NCBI GenBank assembly: GCA_024654575.1
Contig: JANLHG010000020.1
Span: 55,991-119,990, forward strand
Source: Patescibacteria group bacterium
GTDB lineage: Bacteria > Patescibacteriota > Minisyncoccia > Phycocordibacterales > PALSA-1337
DNA length: 64,000 bases
Direction: 5' to 3'
The notes under the pieces: model-generated
Databases searched by the model: none
What the model was told of the DNA's origin: nothing
Seen by the model: the letters and a program-made list of their open reading frames with translations, nothing else
Program-made: the position numbers and the translations under genes
Shown: piece by piece, positions 18,710-27,596 of the stretch
Numbering within the stretch: the first letter of the stretch is position 1
How the letters are laid out: each line of letters begins with the position of its first letter

Positions 18710-19354
18710 TTAATTATTTAATATTTTCCCAATTATTAAAATAATCCCTCTCGCTTGTGAAGCATAAAATTTATAGGAATTGATCATGTTTGTATTTGCA
18801 ATTTCATAATTTTCTGATGTAATACCATTTTGAAATGAAAGCTTATAGTAATAACGAGCTTCATCAGCAATTTCGTTTAAAAATCCCATACGAGTTCTAA
18901 CTTCTAATAACTGGCTTTGAAATATTGAATCAAATCTGGCTAGTACTACCATGTTTGTGTTTAGTATAGATAGAGAATGTTTTTTTAGTGATATACCAGA
19001 ATTTGATTTACGTTGCTGTTTTGCCATTTCCGAATACGAAGCCATTTCATCCTTTGTTAATTTCAAAAGTGGGCCTATTGCTTTCAGTAGAGAACCACTT
19101 GAATTAATGCTTGTATATCTACTCAAAATAGTCTGTGCCCATTCAAAAAATTCATGATCTAATTTACCGTGTTTAGATTCAATTATGTACACATTTAACA
19201 TAAGCCTATATCGAAACTCTTGGAGTTCTGATATCAGTGCTTTTTTTATTATTATACTTTCGCGACGATTCCTAATAGCGTCAACAATAATTGGCGATAA
19301 CAAACCAAACAACCAACCAAGTACAAGAATTAAAATATCTCTATTAATTATCAT
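18710..19354 (-). CDS. Hypothetical protein with N-terminal TM helix
   Basis: 214-aa ORF. Confidence 0.75.
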   Translation of the reverse strand: MIINRDILILVLGWLFGLLSPIIVDAIRNRRESIIIKKALISELQEFRYRLMLNVYIIESKHGKLDHEFFEWAQTILSRYTSINSSGSLLKAIGPLLKLTKDEMASYSEMAKQQRKSNSGISLKKHSLSILNTNMVVLARFDSIFQSQLLEVRTRMGFLNEIADEARYYYKLSFQNGITSENYEIANTNMINSYKFYASQARGIILIIGKILNN

Positions 19355-19439
19355 AAGTTGTGTAATTTTAAAAAAAGTATTACCGATAATTATTCCACAT
19401 TTTTGGTGTTTTTTCCACTTTATTTGCTATAATACTATT

Positions 19440-19607
19440 ATGTTTATATTCCTTATTGGCTTATTTTGTTTTTTGTTGGTTATAGGATTTTTTGCGACAA
19501 GTGGAGAATCTTCATTATCTTTTGCTGTTATGGCTATGATTGCACTTGGGGCACTAGCTTTTGTGGGGTTTATTGGAATGATGGCTTATATGTTTGTTTC
19601 TCATTGA
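19440..19607 (+). CDS. Small two-TM membrane protein
   Basis: MFIFLIGLFCFLLVIG..., directly after TGCTATAAT. Confidence 0.55.
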   Translation: MFIFLIGLFCFLLVIGFFATSGESSLSFAVMAMIALGALAFVGFIGMMAYMFVSH

Positions 19608-19624
19608 CGATAAGTAAAAAATAT

Positions 19625-19753
19625 ATGGACCAAGAAATATATCGTTTAATGCAGGATCATGGTATTGATAAAGACATTGCGGAAAAAACGCAGGAGCTTA
19701 TTGATGATGGATTGAGTGAAGACGAGGCGGTTGAAATTGCAGAGGATATGTAG
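19625..19753 (+). CDS. Small acidic protein (42 aa)
   Basis: MDQEIYRLMQDHGIDKDIAEKTQELIDDGLSEDEAVEIAEDM. Confidence 0.6.
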   Translation: MDQEIYRLMQDHGIDKDIAEKTQELIDDGLSEDEAVEIAEDM

Positions 19754-19771
19754 TTTGCTATAATACACATT

Positions 19772-19990
19772 AAGAGCGGCGAGAGTTGGTATTTTCTAGC
19801 TTAGGCTAGGAACGGGGATCGTGAATTAAGTCCGTCATCCGCCTTTGTGCGGTGGATTTACTCGAAAGAGTAGAGGGTAGCGGTTAAAAGCGATAACTGG
19901 TTTACGGATGTACCAAGAGCCTCAATATGAGGAAGTGAACGCTAGGGACACGTGAGATAATGATTTCCTAGTAAGTAACTGGTTGCTCAA
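19772..19990 (+). ncRNA. Candidate ~215-nt multi-stem ncRNA of unknown family
   Basis: Own promoter (TGcTATAAT 19756-19764), closing helix gagcggc/gttgctc, several hairpins, followed by a terminator. Confidence 0.7.
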
Positions 19991-20027
19991 ACAAAAAACT
20001 GTCATTTATTTGGCAGTTTTTTGTTTG
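19988..20027 (+). terminator. Intrinsic terminator
   Basis: caaacaaaaaactgtca-tttatt-tggcagttttttgtttg. Confidence 0.8.
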
Positions 20028-20102
20028 CTATATTCCACCACTTAATGATAAAATTCAAATTACTATTAATCTTAATCAGAGTAAACAAGTAAAATACTTC
20101 TC

Positions 20103-20516
20103 ATGACGAATACAAATAAGGATAATTGTTTTTACTCTGATAGTTTTAAAGATTATCGTGGAAAACCAATTAAATTATGTTGGTCGGAAGAACTATGGAT
20201 AACACATTTAAATAAACATCCTGAAATAATTGACCCACTTCATACATCTGAATTAATAAGTAAGACTGTTTTAGAACCAAGTCTTGTAATGACAGGATAT
20301 AGGCCAGGGAATGCAAAAGAAATGTTAGTATGTTATTATAAAGAGCATAAAAGAAGTGAAAGTGATGTATACTATAGTAAAGTTGTTATAGGGTGTAGTG
20401 GTCCCGATTTGTATGTAAAAACAGTTTTTATGGGATGGGCATTGTATATATATGTTGTTCAAGAGAAAAAATATAATTTTAAAGAATTATATAGAGATAA
20501 AAAAACATTCCTATGA
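20103..20516 (+). CDS. Putative PBECR/RelE-like nuclease toxin
   Basis: HLNKHPEI...TVLEPSLV...CYYK...VVI...VKTVF pattern; ATGA overlap with next gene. Confidence 0.55.
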   Translation: MTNTNKDNCFYSDSFKDYRGKPIKLCWSEELWITHLNKHPEIIDPLHTSELISKTVLEPSLVMTGYRPGNAKEMLVCYYKEHKRSESDVYYSKVVIGCSGPDLYVKTVFMGWALYIYVVQEKKYNFKELYRDKKTFL

Positions 20517-20911
20517 TAAATATTACTGACATTTTTAATATAGCAAAAAGAGATAAATGGGTAATGGAATATAATCCAGACCTAGATTCCTTGTATTGGT
20601 CAAAACCAAAGATTTCTCCTTCTACACAATTAAAAAAGTTTTTGCAGGATTTTTCGCTATACATTACTGAGCAGGGTTTGATTGAAGGCTTGTTTATTGA
20701 ATATGCTAAAGGTAATTTCATCTCTCACAATACGGAATATGCAGAATTAATTAATAAAATGGTGAAAGTTAATGATATATATGTTCTACCGCAGAATAAA
20801 GTTAAGGGTGTAGAGCCATTACTCAAAAGTATGGCAAATATGGTTGGTAATGAAACATTTGATGCAGTAAATAAAGGTTTGGACTTAGAGAAGTTTGTGA
20901 TGACTAGATAA
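20513..20911 (+). CDS. DUF2283-like putative antitoxin
   Basis: MEYNPDLDSLYW...DFSLYITEQGLIEGLFIEY. Confidence 0.55.
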   Translation: MINITDIFNIAKRDKWVMEYNPDLDSLYWSKPKISPSTQLKKFLQDFSLYITEQGLIEGLFIEYAKGNFISHNTEYAELINKMVKVNDIYVLPQNKVKGVEPLLKSMANMVGNETFDAVNKGLDLEKFVMTR

Positions 20912-20982
20912 TACCTTTTACTTTCCTAAACACCCAACTCTCCCCTTTCTTAAATCCATAATCAACTCCCTTTCAACTCAAT

Positions 20983-21336
20983 CTATTTTACTTTAACCCC
21001 AATCGCATAAATCCCAAACTTTTTGATTCGTCCTTCATAACCATTTAAGCTGTTATAACTTTTTATTCCTCCCTCTATATCAAGACCACTAGATAAAACA
21101 TTTTCTATACCTTCTGTTTCAAGCATTTTTCTAACATCTGGATATTTTCTTATCCTCAACACTTCGCAAGTGATTTGCTTCCCTGTAATATTATTTGTAA
21201 ATATCAAAACATCCCTAGAAACCATTTGATCGTATCTTTTATCACTTTCATCCTTTGGTGTACGCCCCTCAATTTTCTTAGTTCCGGCCTCTATAGCTTT
21301 GAATGGCCTATCATTTAAACTTAAGTTGTAATTCAT
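20983..21336 (-). CDS. ASCH domain protein
   Basis: FKAIEAGTKKIEGR (GxKxxExR). Confidence 0.85.
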   Translation of the reverse strand: MNYNLSLNDRPFKAIEAGTKKIEGRTPKDESDKRYDQMVSRDVLIFTNNITGKQITCEVLRIRKYPDVRKMLETEGIENVLSSGLDIEGGIKSYNSLNGYEGRIKKFGIYAIGVKVK

Positions 21337-21818
21337 GATTGAGATATTTTATTAAGTATGTATTTAGCTGTCTCTTCAGAAGTTTGTTTTTCATTATTAA
21401 TAATTTCTCCAAATGTTGGATTTGTTATTCCAATATTATAGTGGTGTTTTATTCTTTCTCTTTCCCAATCGTTCAATTTTCTATTTCCTCTATTAGTAAG
21501 TGCAACTTCTATTTTTGGTACTAAAGTAAAAAAGTAAATTTTAGTATCAAGTACTTTAAGATTTTCTAGCATAAATTCATAATTTTTTTGAGAGAGTGGA
21601 TATGGCACAATTACATTCAAACCTTTTCTTACAAAATTAGAAATAACTGAAACGGCATTTTCTAAGTTTAATGGCACAGCTTGATCAATTGGCATCCACT
21701 CAATCATTTCGTGAAATACATCAATTTCCAAAAGAGCAGTGTTTGGCATATTTTTAGCCAATATCTTGGCAACTGTACTTTTGCCTGCATTTATTGAACC
21801 ATTTAGAAAGATAATCAT
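21333..21818 (-). CDS. P-loop kinase / AAA family protein
   Basis: IIFLNGSINAGKSTVA. Confidence 0.85.
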   Translation of the reverse strand: MIIFLNGSINAGKSTVAKILAKNMPNTALLEIDVFHEMIEWMPIDQAVPLNLENAVSVISNFVRKGLNVIVPYPLSQKNYEFMLENLKVLDTKIYFFTLVPKIEVALTNRGNRKLNDWERERIKHHYNIGITNPTFGEIINNEKQTSEETAKYILNKISQS

Positions 21819-21837
21819 AAATTATATTCTATCACTA

Positions 21838-22044
21838 TTATTTCTTCCTAAACACCCAACTCTCCCCTTTCTTAAATCCATAATCAACTCCCCTTTTATA
21901 TGGTGGCGGAAGCTGAATCGTAAATTCAAAAGGTACACACGGAATCGTTTTTAACCTAAAATTGTTGTCAAAAAAATGTTCGACAGTGTTCGTTTCGTGC
22001 CGATACTTAAACTCATAATAAAAAGATTCTAGCATACTTTTCAA
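21838..22044 (-). CDS. Small hypothetical protein or gene remnant
   Basis: 68 aa; its 3' end is the duplicated 48-bp repeat. Confidence 0.4.
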   Translation of the reverse strand: MKSMLESFYYEFKYRHETNTVEHFFDNNFRLKTIPCVPFEFTIQLPPPYKRGVDYGFKKGESWVFRKK

Positions 22045-22100
22045 TTATTATTATTGTGATAAAAAAACACGCCACGGACTGCTCCGAAGCGTGCTATTGA

Positions 22101-23495
22101 CTACAAGAGATACGCAATCGCATCTTTTGCGGTGTACGATGTTTTTTCATCAAACATTAAATGACGAAGAAAACTAAAATCGTCACCGAGTGTGAATATT
22201 GGCGGTTCATCTGGATTACCCAATCCAACCGCTGAAAGGAGTCCGTTGCATATACAACAAGTGCCGATAGTGTCTTCTAATTTTCCGCCCTTGCGAACAT
22301 ATTCTTCAACTGGTTCACCCGAACAGCGGAAGTCAACAGTACCGTCTTCACGCTGATACGGAGTGCGTAGAACACATATATCGCATAGGCGTTTGCGTGC
22401 TTCGCAAACAGATGACTCAGATTGTGTACCAGGCAACTCAACCACTTTGAACGGAAAACCCGTTGGTGATGCTTTCGGGTCTGTGCGAACGACAAGTTCA
22501 TTTCTATAACCAAGTCGTCGTATTTCTTTGCGAAATGTTGTATCCATACCGGAATCTTCACAAAGTGCAAAAATAGAACCGGCTTGAATACCTTCAGCTC
22601 CCAATTCTTTTGCTTTCGCAAGATTTTCTGGAGAGGCAAAACCACCGCCAACCCAAAATGGAATGCCTAAGTCCTGTAGTTTTTTGAAGTTAACTTCATC
22701 TCGTGGACCGTAGATTGGTTGACCTTTTTCGTCCAATGTTAATTTACCTCGCGGAGGAGCATTGTGACCTCCAGCTATCGGTTGTTCTATGACAAAGCCT
22801 TGGATGCTTCCTTTCGGTAGACGTTTAGTCATAAGTTCTGCAAGGACATCTGTCGAAACGATAGGAAGAAATCCAGGACGCTTGAGTTCGGGAATTTTTT
22901 CTTGAAAGAATTTTTTTGGTTCAAAAGTTATTACTTCGGAGCCATTTTTGTTTCCTTCAACTAGAACACGATAACTTGGATTTCCGCCTTGAGAAATAGT
23001 ATCTAATACGCTAGGAATCTGAAGTGTGATACCTGCCCCCATTGTTACGAAATCAACACCGGCGAGCATAGCACCAAAGAGCGCGAATATATGAGGAATT
23101 TGTATTTTTTCCAAATAATTCACACTAACATGGTTTGAATGTCCTTCTTTGGCAAGCCAAACAAACGCGAAACTTCCGGCCACCGTAAGTTCAATGAGGT
23201 CATATGCAGGATTCATTGTGAATACCGGCACGGACTTGAACTTTTGATTTTTTGGAATGCCACCATCCACAAAGTATTTTTCTATAATGCGTTCCGCAAT
23301 TCCCGGAAAAGGAAAATTCGCAAGCGCACGACGAAAATGACCACCAATATCTCCAGACTGGAGAATTCTAGCCAACACCTTTTCTAAAGCAACACCAGAA
23401 ACGGTGCCGAGAACTTGAGGTTGATTGGAACAAATTTTGGCAAGAAATGGGGTCGATATGAAGACCCCCATGCCACCTTGAATTATTTTATACAT
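22101..23495 (-). CDS. Nitronate monooxygenase family flavoprotein
   Basis: IIQGGMG, AGGHNAPPRG, GIQAGSIF, SPTGFPFK. Confidence 0.88.
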   Translation of the reverse strand: MYKIIQGGMGVFISTPFLAKICSNQPQVLGTVSGVALEKVLARILQSGDIGGHFRRALANFPFPGIAERIIEKYFVDGGIPKNQKFKSVPVFTMNPAYDLIELTVAGSFAFVWLAKEGHSNHVSVNYLEKIQIPHIFALFGAMLAGVDFVTMGAGITLQIPSVLDTISQGGNPSYRVLVEGNKNGSEVITFEPKKFFQEKIPELKRPGFLPIVSTDVLAELMTKRLPKGSIQGFVIEQPIAGGHNAPPRGKLTLDEKGQPIYGPRDEVNFKKLQDLGIPFWVGGGFASPENLAKAKELGAEGIQAGSIFALCEDSGMDTTFRKEIRRLGYRNELVVRTDPKASPTGFPFKVVELPGTQSESSVCEARKRLCDICVLRTPYQREDGTVDFRCSGEPVEEYVRKGGKLEDTIGTCCICNGLLSAVGLGNPDEPPIFTLGDDFSFLRHLMFDEKTSYTAKDAIAYLL

Positions 23496-23631
23496 AGGAT
23501 CTCCTTTTATTAAGGAACATTTTTGTTTCTGATTTTATGGTAACAAAATATTTGATATATTGCTATTTTTATGTAATATCATCACTAGAGTTAGAAACAA
23601 CAAAAACACATTGAAAACAAAATAATCTGTT

Positions 23632-26178
23632 ATGAGAACAACAAAAATGACGGTTTTGGTGGTATTGGTAGTCGCTTTGTTTGCTTTAATTCAAACGAAA
23701 GCTCAAGTTCAAACGGCACCTGAAAACATGGTGCTGATTCCAGCGGGAGAGTTTCAGATGGGGGATATGATTGGTGATGGGTATTATGACGAAATTCCTG
23801 TTCATATTGTGTATACGGATTCTTTCTATATAGATAAATACGAAGTAACCGATTCACTTTGGAATGAGGTATATAGATGGGCAATTAGCAACGGATATGA
23901 TTTTGACAATCTAGGTTCATCTCGTATATCTTTTGGACGGATTTTTTCTGATAGTAAAGGTCCAAATTATCCAGTAACTGAAATAAATTGGTTTGATGCA
24001 ATAAAATGGTGTAATGCTCGAAGTGAAAAAGAGGGACGAATTCCAGCTTATTACACAGATAGAGTTCACACGATTGTGTATCATACCGGTCAAAATAAGG
24101 AAATAACATCTTATTATGTAAAGTGGAAAGCAGGCTATCGTTTACCTACAGAAGCTGAATGGGAAAAAACAGCACGTGGCGGTGTTAGTGGACACCGTTT
24201 TTCATGGGCGGATACAGATACAATTACGCATGATAGAGCTAATTATTCTAGTGATTGGGCTTTTACTTATGATTATGATGTGAGTCTTACACGAGGTTTT
24301 CATCCAGCTTATTATGATTACAGTCTTTATAAACCAATAATGTACCTTAGCCCAGTAGGATCATTCGCGCCAAATAATTATGGACTATATGATACAACTG
24401 GTAATGTATTTGAATGGTGTTGGGATAGAGCAATTACTTATGAATCTTCAACTTATGATGATCCACAAGGAAATATCGTTTCGTCATATAGATTTCGTGC
24501 ATTACGCGGTGGAAGTTGGAGTAGTGATGCAAATTGGAACAGAGTGTCTTTCCGTAACGATAAATCGGCAACAAATACATTTTATCAAAGATCATATGAT
24601 CTTGGTTTCCGGACAGTTTTAGGCTCAACGACTGCGATTGCAAAAACCCCAGAATGGAAACAAGCGATTGAAATTCAACCTAAACAGCCGACTTATTCTG
24701 AAGCGCCGAAAAAAGAAGACACGAAAGATAGTTTGGTTTTGGTCACACATGGCTGGCAACCGGCATTTAGGCCTGTTGATATAGCTTGGGTGGAAGAAAT
24801 GACAAATGCTATCACTTCCTACCTCACCGCTAATCAGCTAGATAATTGGCAAGTTAGTGCATATCGGTGGGTGGAGAAGGCATCAACATTTGATCCTGAA
24901 AGTGTTCTTCGTGCAGGAGAACAAGAGGGTAAAAATCTTGGTCAAAGTATAGCGACTAAAGAATGGAAAAATGTCCATCTGATTGCTCACAGTGCTGGGT
25001 CAGCATTAATTCAATCGGCTACAGAAAAAATTAAAGACAAGTGGACGAATACAATCGTTCATCTGACCTTTCTAGATCCTTATGTCGGAGTAACTTACAA
25101 TGGAAGAAAAAATTATGGTAGTTATGCTGATTGGGCAGAAAATTACTTCACCCGTGATTTAAAAACAAGTTGGGAAATATTTTCGTTCACAGAAGGTGCT
25201 TTGAAAAATGCATATAATGTGGATGTAACTTTTCTAGACAAAACAAAAACTACGGGAGATGTTTATTTTTCTTCTTCTGGTACTGTTATTCAACAATGTC
25301 AGGAAGCAACAACCAAACACTCTTGGCCGTATGAGTTTTATACTCAAACGATTTTGCCAAACACTGTTGGTAACTCAAAAGGCTTCGGCTTCCCTCTTTC
25401 AAAAGAAGGCGGAGGTTGGGACTTTGCAAAAAGTCAGTACGCAAAAGGCAACATATCAGAAGTTCTTGGAACTCCAGATCCCTCTTGCTTACCTACTCTC
25501 TTTCAAACAACACCGGCATATTTAGGCCAAATAAGTTTTTCTACAACTTCTTCCACGACATCAAGTCCAACGGGAGTAGTTGAAAAAAATGACTTTGGTT
25601 TCAATCTTGTTAGTTTGATTAAAGAAAGGAGACTTCAATCCTTAAAAGCTGTAGCTCCTTCAGAAGGACCAGCTTGGTTGGCGACAACGGTCTTAATTAC
25701 GAACGCGGTAAATCTTGTTTCTTTTGATTCTCGTTTCTTGAACGATGCAAAAGCAGAAGGTTTACTTTCAGTTTATTGGGATACGAATGTTATCGGGACT
25801 ATAGATGAGCGAGTAGCGCCATCTGAAATGCATCAATACACATTTTCTGTCCCAAGAATTGCGAATGGTATTCAAACTATCGGATTTCGTTTAGATTCTT
25901 TTTCTGATATGACTTCTAGCGTGACTGTCACAAACGTTTCGCTGGGGTTTATTGGAGTGAAAGAACCGTTTTTCTTATCGTCCGCTGGTTCTCAAACAGA
26001 TGGAGTGCAAATGCTTCAGTTAACTGGTCAAAAGGATTTTAACTACACAGTTGAAACTTCTACAGACCTTATTAATTGGGAAGTGTTTGCTATTTTGGTC
26101 AATACGGATGGTGTCGTGAAGTTTAATTCGGCACCACCTAGCAAAACAGCTCATTTTTATAGAGCTGTGGCACAATAG
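23632..26178 (+). CDS. Secreted FGE-sulfatase (SUMF1) domain protein with alpha/beta-hydrolase domain
   Basis: Signal peptide; IPAGEFQMG, RLPTEAEWE, GNVFEWC, RGGSW...GFR; HGW...AHSAG; C-terminal YTVETSTDLINWE...FYRAV. Confidence 0.88.
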   Translation: MRTTKMTVLVVLVVALFALIQTKAQVQTAPENMVLIPAGEFQMGDMIGDGYYDEIPVHIVYTDSFYIDKYEVTDSLWNEVYRWAISNGYDFDNLGSSRISFGRIFSDSKGPNYPVTEINWFDAIKWCNARSEKEGRIPAYYTDRVHTIVYHTGQNKEITSYYVKWKAGYRLPTEAEWEKTARGGVSGHRFSWADTDTITHDRANYSSDWAFTYDYDVSLTRGFHPAYYDYSLYKPIMYLSPVGSFAPNNYGLYDTTGNVFEWCWDRAITYESSTYDDPQGNIVSSYRFRALRGGSWSSDANWNRVSFRNDKSATNTFYQRSYDLGFRTVLGSTTAIAKTPEWKQAIEIQPKQPTYSEAPKKEDTKDSLVLVTHGWQPAFRPVDIAWVEEMTNAITSYLTANQLDNWQVSAYRWVEKASTFDPESVLRAGEQEGKNLGQSIATKEWKNVHLIAHSAGSALIQSATEKIKDKWTNTIVHLTFLDPYVGVTYNGRKNYGSYADWAENYFTRDLKTSWEIFSFTEGALKNAYNVDVTFLDKTKTTGDVYFSSSGTVIQQCQEATTKHSWPYEFYTQTILPNTVGNSKGFGFPLSKEGGGWDFAKSQYAKGNISEVLGTPDPSCLPTLFQTTPAYLGQISFSTTSSTTSSPTGVVEKNDFGFNLVSLIKERRLQSLKAVAPSEGPAWLATTVLITNAVNLVSFDSRFLNDAKAEGLLSVYWDTNVIGTIDERVAPSEMHQYTFSVPRIANGIQTIGFRLDSFSDMTSSVTVTNVSLGFIGVKEPFFLSSAGSQTDGVQMLQLTGQKDFNYTVETSTDLINWEVFAILVNTDGVVKFNSAPPSKTAHFYRAVAQ

Positions 26179-26196
26179 TTCTTTCCTTTTTCGCGA

Positions 26197-26220
26197 ATAG
26201 CCCGTTTAACGATGGGCTAT
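26197..26220. terminator. Terminator hairpin (identical copy at 27270-27293)
   Basis: atagccc-gtttaacgat-gggctat followed by a T-run. Confidence 0.7.
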
Positions 26221-26501
26221 TTCTTTTTTATATAACCGACAATAGCACCAATTAGTGAACCGATGATGAACCAAATAGGAATGCTCAAAATTGGTGCATA
26301 AACTTCAGCAAAAATCCAACTATAGCCAAAAACTGGTGCTAATAGATTCAGTAAAAATATAACTGGATATATCGGACTTACTATATAAAAAACTAAACAA
26401 AAATAGTCAAAACAAAAACTTACCAATAAATAAAACACAAACGCCACCCCTCCCCCAATCACCCCTCCTTTTAACCAATATGGCATTTTTTTATTATTCA
26501 T
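26217..26501 (-). CDS. Small membrane protein, paralog 1
   Basis: MNNKKMPYWLKGGVIGGG...IGSLIGAIVGYIKKK. Confidence 0.8.
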   Translation of the reverse strand: MNNKKMPYWLKGGVIGGGVAFVFYLLVSFCFDYFCLVFYIVSPIYPVIFLLNLLAPVFGYSWIFAEVYAPILSIPIWFIIGSLIGAIVGYIKKK

Positions 26502-26635
26502 AATTATATTATAACATAAATTATCATTTTTTTATTATCTATGATATAACATTTACCAGATTATAGATCATATAAAAACTAAAAAAAGATGTTACATGGC
26601 TACCATAATACTTGATGGCTTTTATCGTATAAGAG

Positions 26636-27235
26636 GTGCGACTGTTCGTCTCACAGACGACGGGTTTATCGCAGAGAAAATTGTACATGCCGAAAGTCGG
26701 GATCGTGCAGTTTATCTCTATTCTCCAGTGGTATTGGAATTACTTAACCAACAAAATTGGTTCAGTACATAAGGTACTCATCGTTGATGACCCTTATTGT
26801 GAAGTTTTCTACACTCCAGATTTTTTGTGCACTTTGCGCAAGAATAATTATTTATCTGAAGATGTAATACAGCGTGTTATTTCTGAATCACAAGGAGTAC
26901 TTCAGAAAAACACTTCATTGGGAAAGTCACATCATCCTTCAAATACGCTTATGATGGTAAAACGGCGACGCAAAATACCACATTGGGTAGCACCCAGTAT
27001 TTATGGAGATGACAACGGGACACTTTTCTATAGAATGACTGCGCGTTCACAGATTTCCCACAATGGTGAACATATTCGTAGTAGAAAAATACGATTAGTG
27101 CGTCTTCAGGCGAAAAATGTTCCTAACGCTGTCAAGGAAATTGTTAAAGATGGACTCTTTGACAGTCATATGAGACAAACGGCGCATTTCAAAAACAACG
27201 GTTTTCGTTCATTGGTTAAGCGATACGCGCTATAA
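26636..27235 (+). CDS. Hypothetical protein (start uncertain, possibly frameshifted)
   Basis: GTG-start 199-aa ORF; overlapping ATG ORF 26596-26772 in another frame. Confidence 0.5.
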   Translation: MRLFVSQTTGLSQRKLYMPKVGIVQFISILQWYWNYLTNKIGSVHKVLIVDDPYCEVFYTPDFLCTLRKNNYLSEDVIQRVISESQGVLQKNTSLGKSHHPSNTLMMVKRRRKIPHWVAPSIYGDDNGTLFYRMTARSQISHNGEHIRSRKIRLVRLQAKNVPNAVKEIVKDGLFDSHMRQTAHFKNNGFRSLVKRYAL

Positions 27236-27289
27236 GCTTTTCTAATCGCTCCCCTTTCCTTTTTCGCGAATAGCCCGTTTAACGATGGG

Positions 27290-27583
27290 CTATTTCTTTT
27301 TTATATAACCGACAATAGCACCTATTAGTGAACCGATGAGGAACCAGATTACTAATTCGATAGAAAAAATTAGTAGAGATGAGAAAGAGTAAGATGATGG
27401 AAAAGATAATAAAATATTAATAATTGGTATTGATGGAATACTAAATAATAAACATTCTAAACCCCAAGAATCAGATGATGTAAATAAATATAAACATGAA
27501 GTACTTAAAATGTAAGAAACTATTAACACCCCACCCCCAATCACTCCTCCTTTTAACCAATATGGCATTTTTTTATTATTCAT
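27290..27583 (-). CDS. Small membrane protein, paralog 2
   Basis: Same N- and C-termini as 26217..26501. Confidence 0.8.
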   Translation of the reverse strand: MNNKKMPYWLKGGVIGGGVLIVSYILSTSCLYLFTSSDSWGLECLLFSIPSIPIINILLSFPSSYSFSSLLIFSIELVIWFLIGSLIGAIVGYIKKK

Positions 27584-27596
27584 ATTTTTAAATTAA

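Larger units (their letters stand above)
20923..21892. repeat. 48-bp direct repeat (20923-20970 and 21845-21892) flanking two genes
   Basis: ttcctaaacacccaactctccc(t/c)tttcttaaatccataatcaactccc, one mismatch. Confidence 0.9.

Noticed and set aside
19772-19990. RNase P, tmRNA or SRP assignment for this RNA
   Set aside because: I could not find GAGGAAAGTCC, tRNA-like ends or the SRP loop motif; left unassigned
24490-24620. DGR variable region in the FGE-sulfatase (CLec-fold) gene
   Set aside because: No template repeat or reverse transcriptase seen in the window, and the domain is N-terminal
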